64,000 nt of DNA, taken from positions 17,620 to 81,619 of the forward strand of contig CAYPEY010000002.1 in assembly GCA_964409955.1 (NCBI GenBank), given 5' to 3'. The notes beneath the pieces were generated by a model. It had not been told where the DNA came from. It saw only the letters and a list, made by a program, of their open reading frames with translations, and did not search any database. Shown here in pieces: positions 58,801 through 64,000 of the stretch (positions are counted from its first letter, which is position 1; every line of letters starts with the position of its first letter). A program made the translations under genes and the position numbers. The DNA comes from an uncultured Staphylococcaceae bacterium. GTDB lineage: Bacteria > Bacillota_I > Bacilli_A > ML615J-28 > CAG-313.

Positions 58801-60109
58801 ATATAGTATCAACAAATTGGTTTTTAAGTCTTATATATTTCATATCTTGACCACCAATATCAAGAACACAATCAACATCATTATCAAAAAAACTTGCCGC
58901 AGTAGAATGAGCAATAGTTTCAACTACACCTTCATCTAAGCAAAATGCTGATTTTAATAATTCTTCTCCATAACCTGTTGAACAAGAATATGCAATCTTA
59001 GCCGATGAGGGAATTAAATCTCTTAACTCTTCTAAAGCTTTAATACTAACTTTAACAGGACTTCCCTCATTACTGCCATAATATGAATAAAGCAACTCCC
59101 CTTCTTCTCCTATTAGTGCAATTTTTGTGGTAGTCGATCCTGCATCAATTCCTAAATAACAATTACCTTTATATTTTTCTATTTGGCCTTTTTTAACTAT
59201 CGCTTTATCATGTCTTTTTAAAAACTCATTATATTCAGATTCATTATTAAATAAAGCGTCAAGTCTTTTTATTTCAAAATCCATTGTTATTTTATTATTT
59301 AATAATAAAATTAATTCATCTAAATCTTTTTCTACTGATTCATCACTAGATAATGCGGAACCCATTGCAGCAAGTAAATGTGAATTTTTTGGATCTATAA
59401 CTTCGTTATCTTTTAATTTTAATGTTCTAATAAAAGCAGTTTTTAATTCTGATAGAAAATGAAGTGGCCCACCTAAAAATGCAACAGTGCCTCTTATTGG
59501 CTTACCACAAGCCAGTCCTGATATAGTTTGGTTAACTACTGCTTGAAATATTGATGCAGCTAAATCACTAATTTTAGCTCCATCATTAATTAATGGCTGA
59601 ATATCTGATTTCGCAAATACTCCACATCTTGCAGCAATAGGATAAATTTGATTATATTCTTTGGCTGCTTCATTTAATCCTTGTGCATCAGTTTGCAAGA
59701 GTGAGGCCATTTGATCAATAAATGATCCCGTTCCACCAGCACATACACCATTCATTCTTTCATCAAGTCCACCTTTAAAATATATTATTTTTGCATCTTC
59801 ACCACCAAGTTCTATTGCAACATCAGTGTTTGGTGCAATACATTTTATTGCTGTTGCTACTGCAACAACTTCTTGAACAAAAGGTATATTTAATTTTTTT
59901 CCTAAATTTATTGATCCACTACCTGTTATTTTTAAATCTAATTTATTAATGTTCAATAATTCTTTAGCTTCCTCTAACAATGTTGCTAATGTCTTTTGAA
60001 TTTCCGCAAAATGTCTTACATAATTTCCATAAACAATATTATTTTCTTCATCAATAACTACAAATTTTACTGTTGTAGATCCTATATCTATTCCGCCTCT
60101 AAATTTCAT
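55883..60109 (-). CDS. Large fused CoA-substrate-specific enzyme activase (two BadF/BadG/BcrA/BcrD-type ATPase domains) / 2-hydroxyacyl-CoA-dehydratase-like protein, about 1408 aa
   Basis: Two acetate/sugar-kinase-fold motifs (GIDIGSTTVKFVVID and GIDAGSTTTKIALI), conserved Cys clusters, and a size typical of the clostridial 'acyl-CoA dehydratase activase-related' fusions. The start is the ATG downstream of the track's TTG. Confidence 0.65.
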   Translation of the reverse strand: MKFRGGIDIGSTTVKFVVIDEENNIVYGNYVRHFAEIQKTLATLLEEAKELLNINKLDLKITGSGSINLGKKLNIPFVQEVVAVATAIKCIAPNTDVAIELGGEDAKIIYFKGGLDERMNGVCAGGTGSFIDQMASLLQTDAQGLNEAAKEYNQIYPIAARCGVFAKSDIQPLINDGAKISDLAASIFQAVVNQTISGLACGKPIRGTVAFLGGPLHFLSELKTAFIRTLKLKDNEVIDPKNSHLLAAMGSALSSDESVEKDLDELILLLNNKITMDFEIKRLDALFNNESEYNEFLKRHDKAIVKKGQIEKYKGNCYLGIDAGSTTTKIALIGEEGELLYSYYGSNEGSPVKVSIKALEELRDLIPSSAKIAYSCSTGYGEELLKSAFCLDEGVVETIAHSTAASFFDNDVDCVLDIGGQDMKYIRLKNQFVDTILLNEACSSGCGSFIENFANSLGYSAEEFANEAIYAKNPIDLGSRCTVFMNSNVKQAQKEGASVSDISAGLAYSVIKNALYKVIKLTDISKLGKNIVVQGGTFYNKAVLRAFEKITGLEVICPDIAGIMGAFGAALFARDRHNNQKTSMLPLNEIPNLTHTTSNVRCGKCVNNCLLTVNKFKDNQKYISGNRCEKGLGNNTKKNDAPNLVLYKKHRIFDYEPLELSQATRGVIGIPRVLNIYENYPFWATFFKILKFRVMLSPESSRAIYELGMESIPSESECYPAKLSHGHITWLINKGVKSIFHPCIFYERKETKDAQNNFNCPIVIGYPENLKNNVDAVNNNEVKYIRPFISFNDKDVVFKRLAKVCKDEWNISSKEVKNAVDAAWNELLLCKSDIIKEGKKALSWIEENNAHGIILLGRPYHIDPEINHGIPEMISSYNMAVLTEDSISFDFNPTRPIRVNDQWVYHSRLYNAAEFVSKRNDLDVIQLNSFGCGVDAVTVDQVNEILEKNNKLYTVLKIDEVNNLGSARIRVRSLLSAINMRKKLNVLPTFTDITYHRSEFTKKMKDEGYTILAPQMSPIHFDILQPIVRHHGYNVEVLTNDNKNAVDMGLKFVNNDACYPSITVVGQVMDAVLSGKYDTNKLAIVMTQTGGACRASNYVGFIRRALDQVGLSHIPVLSLNMNGMEKNEGFKMGLKFAMDCGKCIIYGDLLMKCLYRIRPYELKKGSANALYNELKDMCVDSILNSTYKFKDMCNIIVDRFDNFEINEKLKKPRVGIVGEILVKYMPLANNHLVDLLEKEGAEVVVPDLIDFLNYCMYNMQYKYKYLGKSKLSDIISKIAIKFIGSLRKPADQALKRSKRFSESVPIEKIAEYAKPFISIGNQYGEGWFLTGEMVELLKTGTPNIICVQPFACLPNHIVGKGVIKVLKKEYPDANITAIDYDPGASEVNQLNRIKLMLSVAKDKIKDEK

Positions 60110-60146
60110 AATGTCAACTCTTTTCTTATTATAAGGGGTTATGATA

Positions 60147-60175
60147 ATTATACTCTTTTTGTCGTTTTTTGTAAA
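60147..60175 (-). promoter_or_regulatory. Canonical sigma-A promoter of the activase-fusion gene
   Basis: Minus strand: TTTACA, 17 nt spacer, TATAAT, about 35 nt upstream of the ATG at 60109. Confidence 0.55.
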
Positions 60176-60237
60176 CAAATTTTATCTTAAAAAATAAAAA
60201 AAAAGCATTTCTATTAGAAATACTTTTTTTTGTTATC

Positions 60238-61383
60238 TTATTTGAATCTATTTTGTAACCAACTAGGAACTTTAGTTTCTTTTTGTTCTTTTCCTGGTTC
60301 TTTTGTTGAACCTGTTCCAACAAATGGTTGTCTTTGAACTGGTTCAGGTTTAGGTTGTTGTGTTTGATAATTATTATAGTTTGGATAATGATTTGCAGGT
60401 GTTTCTTCAACTTTATTTACTTGTTCTTTAGTTGTATCAAAACCTGTCGCTATAACTGTAACTACAATTTCACCATTTAATTCTAAATTAAATCCTGTTC
60501 CGTGGTTAATTTCAATTTCTGTAGATGATGCATTTTGAATTTCAGTAATTACATCTTCAATTTCTTTTAAAGTAATATCTGTATCACTTGTAATTTGTAC
60601 AATAGCATCTGTTGCGCCATTTATATCCATTTCTAATAATTCACTATTAATAGCCATTCTTGCTGCTTCAATAGCTCTGTTTGGTCCACTTGCAACGCCA
60701 ATTCCCATAAGGGCAGTTCCTTTACCTTGAAGTACTGCTCTTACATCCGCAAAGTCTACATTGATTACACCAGGAAGAGCAATAACTTCCATAATACCTT
60801 GGACACCGCGTCTTAATACGTTATCTGATTCATGTAATGCTTCCATATAAGTTGTATTAGTTCCAATAACACTTAATAATTTTTCATTAGGAACAACAAC
60901 TAAAGTGTCAACATATGGTCTCATTTGTTCAATACCATTAATTGCATTTTGCATACGACGTTTTCCTTCAAAACCAAATGGTTTTGTTACTATCGCAACA
61001 ATTAAGCAACCAGCTTCTTTAGCATATCTAGCAACTACTGGTGCAGCACCTGTTCCAGTTCCTCCACCCATACCTGCAGTAATAAACACTAAATCAGCGC
61101 CTTTTAATACCTCTCTTATTTCTTGTTCAGATTCTTCAGCAGCACGACGACCTACTTCTGGATTTGCTCCAGCACCAAGTCCTCTTGTAAGTTCGTTACC
61201 TATAGGAATTCTAACGTCAGCCTTAGATAATCTCAACACTTGACAGTCAGTATTAATAGCTATATATTCTACCCCACGTATATCAGTATCTATCATACGA
61301 TTTACAGCGTTACCGCCACCGCCACCAACGCCTATTACTTTAATAACCGCTTTGGCTGAAAACATATCTTGTGGTTGATTCAT
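60238..61383 (-). CDS. ftsZ: Cell-division GTPase FtsZ
   Basis: [28 protein letters not shown] tubulin signature, [18 protein letters not shown]. Confidence 0.95.
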   Translation of the reverse strand: MNQPQDMFSAKAVIKVIGVGGGGGNAVNRMIDTDIRGVEYIAINTDCQVLRLSKADVRIPIGNELTRGLGAGANPEVGRRAAEESEQEIREVLKGADLVFITAGMGGGTGTGAAPVVARYAKEAGCLIVAIVTKPFGFEGKRRMQNAINGIEQMRPYVDTLVVVPNEKLLSVIGTNTTYMEALHESDNVLRRGVQGIMEVIALPGVINVDFADVRAVLQGKGTALMGIGVASGPNRAIEAARMAINSELLEMDINGATDAIVQITSDTDITLKEIEDVITEIQNASSTEIEINHGTGFNLELNGEIVVTVIATGFDTTKEQVNKVEETPANHYPNYNNYQTQQPKPEPVQRQPFVGTGSTKEPGKEQKETKVPSWLQNRFK

Positions 61384-61433
61384 AGTATTCCTCCTTCTTT
61401 TTCAAGTTTATCCTTATTTTTATTTATTTTAAT

Positions 61434-62627
61434 TTATTTAATATTTCCAAGTCTTACAACGTCACGAGCAATCATTAACTCTTCTTCAGTTGGGATTAAA
61501 TAAACTTTAACTTTAGAATCAGCTGAAGAGATTTCTCTTTCTACGCCTCTTACATTATTTAAATCTTTATCAAGTTTAGCACCTAAAACACTAACTCTTT
61601 CGATTACTTGTTCACGGCATCTAGCACAGTTTTCACCAATACCAGCTGTAAATACGATGGCATCAACACCACCCATATAAACATAGTAAGAACCAATGTA
61701 ATCTGCAATTCTCTTATATTGAATATCTAAAGCAAGTTTAGCTCTTTCGTTTCCAGCATCCATAGCGTTTTCTAAATCACGAGAGTCATTAGAAACACCA
61801 CTTACACCAAGGTAACCTGATTGTTTATTTAAAATATTAATTAATTCAGGTAATGTATAACCTTTCTTTTCAGCCATAAAACTTAGAACTGTTGGATCTA
61901 AGTTACCACTTCTTGTTCCCATTGGAATACCTTCAAGTGGTGTTAATCCCATTGATGTATCAACACATTTACCACCTTTTACAGCTGAAATAGAAGCACC
62001 ATTTCCTAAGTGACAAGTAATAATTTTTAAATCTTTAACATCTTTACCCATTAATTCAGCACAACGGTAAGCAACATATTTATGGCTTGTTCCATGAGCA
62101 CCATATTTTCTAACTTTTTGTTCTGTATACCATTCATAAGGGATTGCATACATATATGCATCTTCTGCCATTGTTTGATGGAATGCAGTATCAAATACAG
62201 CTACCATTGGAACATTTGGAAGTACTTTTTTAAATGCATGAATACCTACTAAGTGTGGTGGATTGTGAAGTGGAGCTAAAGCACATAATTCATCAATTTT
62301 ATTGATAACATCTTCATCAATTAAAATGGAATCATCAAAGTACCAACCACCTTGCACAATTCTATGTCCAATACCTTCGATTTCTTCTAAAGATTGAACA
62401 ATACCTCTTTTGATTAATTCATCTAATAATTTTTGAACTGCAACGCTATGGTCTTTAATAGGTAATACTTCTTTTTGTTTTTCCCCATTAATTTTAATTG
62501 TGAAATAAGCGTCTTCAAGTCCAATTCTTTCAACGATACCTTCTGTAATAACTTTTTCTTCAGGCATTTGATACATCTTAAATTTTAAAGATGAACTACC
62601 TGCGTTAACTGACATAATTTTACTCAT
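61434..62627 (-). CDS. ackA: Acetate kinase
   Basis: IMSVNAGSSSLKFK...HLGNGASI...acetate/propionate kinase signatures. The start is the ATG after RBS GGAGGGAAAATAT; the track ORF begins 5 codons upstream and includes the RBS. Confidence 0.9.
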   Translation of the reverse strand: MSKIMSVNAGSSSLKFKMYQMPEEKVITEGIVERIGLEDAYFTIKINGEKQKEVLPIKDHSVAVQKLLDELIKRGIVQSLEEIEGIGHRIVQGGWYFDDSILIDEDVINKIDELCALAPLHNPPHLVGIHAFKKVLPNVPMVAVFDTAFHQTMAEDAYMYAIPYEWYTEQKVRKYGAHGTSHKYVAYRCAELMGKDVKDLKIITCHLGNGASISAVKGGKCVDTSMGLTPLEGIPMGTRSGNLDPTVLSFMAEKKGYTLPELINILNKQSGYLGVSGVSNDSRDLENAMDAGNERAKLALDIQYKRIADYIGSYYVYMGGVDAIVFTAGIGENCARCREQVIERVSVLGAKLDKDLNNVRGVEREISSADSKVKVYLIPTEEELMIARDVVRLGNIK

Positions 62628-62778
62628 ATATTTTCCCTCCAAAAATATTCTATTCTTCTAACTTATTATAACACAACGCCTATTTTTTTTCAATAATTTA
62701 ACAAATAAGTTTTTTTAGGTGAGAAAAGTTGTTAGATTTTCATCTAACAACTCTCATTTTTTTATTTAATTTGATAAA

Positions 62779-64000
62779 TTAAGCTAAACGTTGTAAACGC
62801 GTTTTAGCGTGTCTGTTACCTTTATCTGATGCTTTTTTGTACCAATAAACAGCTTTTTCTAAATCTTTTTCTACACCTTTTCCATATTCATAGAAAGATC
62901 CAAGATTATCTTGTGCCCAACCGTTTCCTTTTTCAGCAGCTTGTAAGTACCATTTATATGCTTCTTCATAGTTTTGTTCTACACCATAACCATTAGCATA
63001 GCAATCACCAAGTTTGTTTGTAGCGTTTTCAATGTTTTGTTCTGCAGCTTGTAAGTACCATTTAACAGCTTCTTCATAGTTTTGTTCTACACCATGACCA
63101 TTGAAATAACAGTTACCAACACTAAATTTAGAGAAGTTATGTCCTTCTTCTGCAGCTTGTAAATACCATTTAAACGCTTCTTCGTAGTTCTTTTCTACAC
63201 CACGTTCATAGTAATAGCAATCACCCATTCTGCACATTGAATTTTTATTACCAGCTTCTGCTGATTTTTTGAAGTATTCAAATGCTTTTGCTTCATCTTG
63301 TTCTACACCATCGCCATAGTAGTAACAATTAGCAAGTTTATTTTGAGCCCATTCGTTACCAGCATCTGCAGCTAGTGTATACCATTTAAATGCTTCGCTA
63401 AAATCTTTTGCCACACCATTTCCAAAGAAATAGCAATCACCTGCTGAGCTTGCAGCAAGAATGTGGCCTAATTTTGCAGCTGCAACATAATATTCTGCAG
63501 CTTTAGCTTCATCTTTTTCTACACCTTTTGCATAGAAATAACATTCACCTAAATAATATAAGCTCCATGCACTATCATTTTGTGCAGCAAGTTCAAAATA
63601 TTTAATAGCTTCAAGGTAATTTTGTACTACACCTTCGCCACGGTAGTAGCAATTAGCTAAGCTTTCATATGCACCAGCATATTCTTGTTTAACAGCTTGT
63701 TTATACCAATAAACAGCTTTTTTATAGTTTCTTGGAACACCTTGTCCAAAGTAAAAGCAATCTCCAATTGAATTTTGTGCTTCTGCATTTTCAAGCATTG
63801 CAGCAAGTTCGAAATAATATGATGCTTTCTTATCATCTTTTTCAACACCATATCCTGTTTGATATAATTGTGCAAGTTCAAGTTCAGCCTCTGCACAGTC
63901 TAGTTTAGCAGCTTGTTCATAATACATCAAAGCTTCTTCATACTTTTCATTTTTTAAACATTCTTTCGCAAGAGCATGTTTTTCTTCTTTTGTTTGTAAA
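62779..64000 (-). CDS. Sel1/TPR-like repeat protein, partial (the ORF continues beyond the right edge; the 'M' at 63930 in the track is a TTG inside the ORF)
   Basis: More than 10 tandem 36-aa Sel1-like repeats (A..GN..AQ..LG.CYY.G.GVEQ[ND]YEEA.KWY). The in-frame translation stays open upstream to position 64000. Confidence 0.7.
   Translation of the reverse strand, partial: LQTKEEKHALAKECLKNEKYEEALMYYEQAAKLDCAEAELELAQLYQTGYGVEKDDKKASYYFELAAMLENAEAQNSIGDCFYFGQGVPRNYKKAVYWYKQAVKQEYAGAYESLANCYYRGEGVVQNYLEAIKYFELAAQNDSAWSLYYLGECYFYAKGVEKDEAKAAEYYVAAAKLGHILAASSAGDCYFFGNGVAKDFSEAFKWYTLAADAGNEWAQNKLANCYYYGDGVEQDEAKAFEYFKKSAEAGNKNSMCRMGDCYYYERGVEKNYEEAFKWYLQAAEEGHNFSKFSVGNCYFNGHGVEQNYEEAVKWYLQAAEQNIENATNKLGDCYANGYGVEQNYEEAYKWYLQAAEKGNGWAQDNLGSFYEYGKGVEKDLEKAVYWYKKASDKGNRHAKTRLQRLA

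Noticed and set aside
60129-60410. 93-aa minus-strand ORF overlapping the 3' end of ftsZ and the activase promoter
   Set aside because: It lies in a different frame over the conserved, Lys/Gln-rich FtsZ C-terminal coding region, has no RBS, and its position is better explained by ftsZ plus the sigma-A promoter. It is an AT-rich frame artefact.

Overview
This is a low-GC (about 27–30% by eye) window from a spore-forming Firmicute, judged from spoIIGA-sigE-sigG next to ftsZ, GGGtGRT and activase proteins, TGA used as a stop codon, and AGGAGG-type RBSs. It splits into three parts.

(1) Positions 1–16430 form a minus-strand surface-polysaccharide locus of O-antigen/capsule type. It encodes a partial rfbF, seven GT2/GT4 enzymes, GT14- and GT32-like enzymes, a WcaF-like acetyltransferase, an EpsG/Wzy-type polymerase, a TviB/WbpO-like dehydrogenase with a WbpP-like epimerase, and a separate APH-like kinase plus a membrane O-acyltransferase. 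The acyltransferase reading frame is broken at an A8 homopolymer, which is a candidate phase-variation switch. No Wzx flippase, priming transferase or chain-length regulator is visible in the window.

(2) Positions 16.7–27.1 kb form an accessory toxin-antitoxin/defence island. It carries Phd/ParE-like and AbiEi/AbiEii pairs, a truncated RhuM gene, an AlbA_2/HATPase_c_4 protein and an MntA/HepT cassette flanked by about 31-bp direct repeats. Inside it, nearly perfect inverted repeats of about 235 bp bracket a two-component system, DegV, a GNAT-fold protein and tRNA-Arg(CCT). The same repeats supply identical promoter, RBS and start codon to two outward-facing genes.

(3) Positions 27.2–64 kb hold core genes (thiN, rpe, rsgA, rlmN, rsmB, lgt, eno, gpmI, ftsZ, ackA, sigE/sigG/spoIIGA). 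Mixed among them are a BceAB-like ABC transporter, two adjacent lipoproteins (one 1810 aa with eight MBG repeats, a beta-helix, Big_2 and a split amidase_2 domain), a GGGtGRT/IscU-like/hemolysin-III trio, and a 1408-aa double-activase/dehydratase fusion between ftsZ and spoIIGA with a textbook sigma-A promoter.

All calls rest on reading the provided translations and the DNA by eye; no searches were run, and coordinates of non-ORF features may be off by 1–2 nt.
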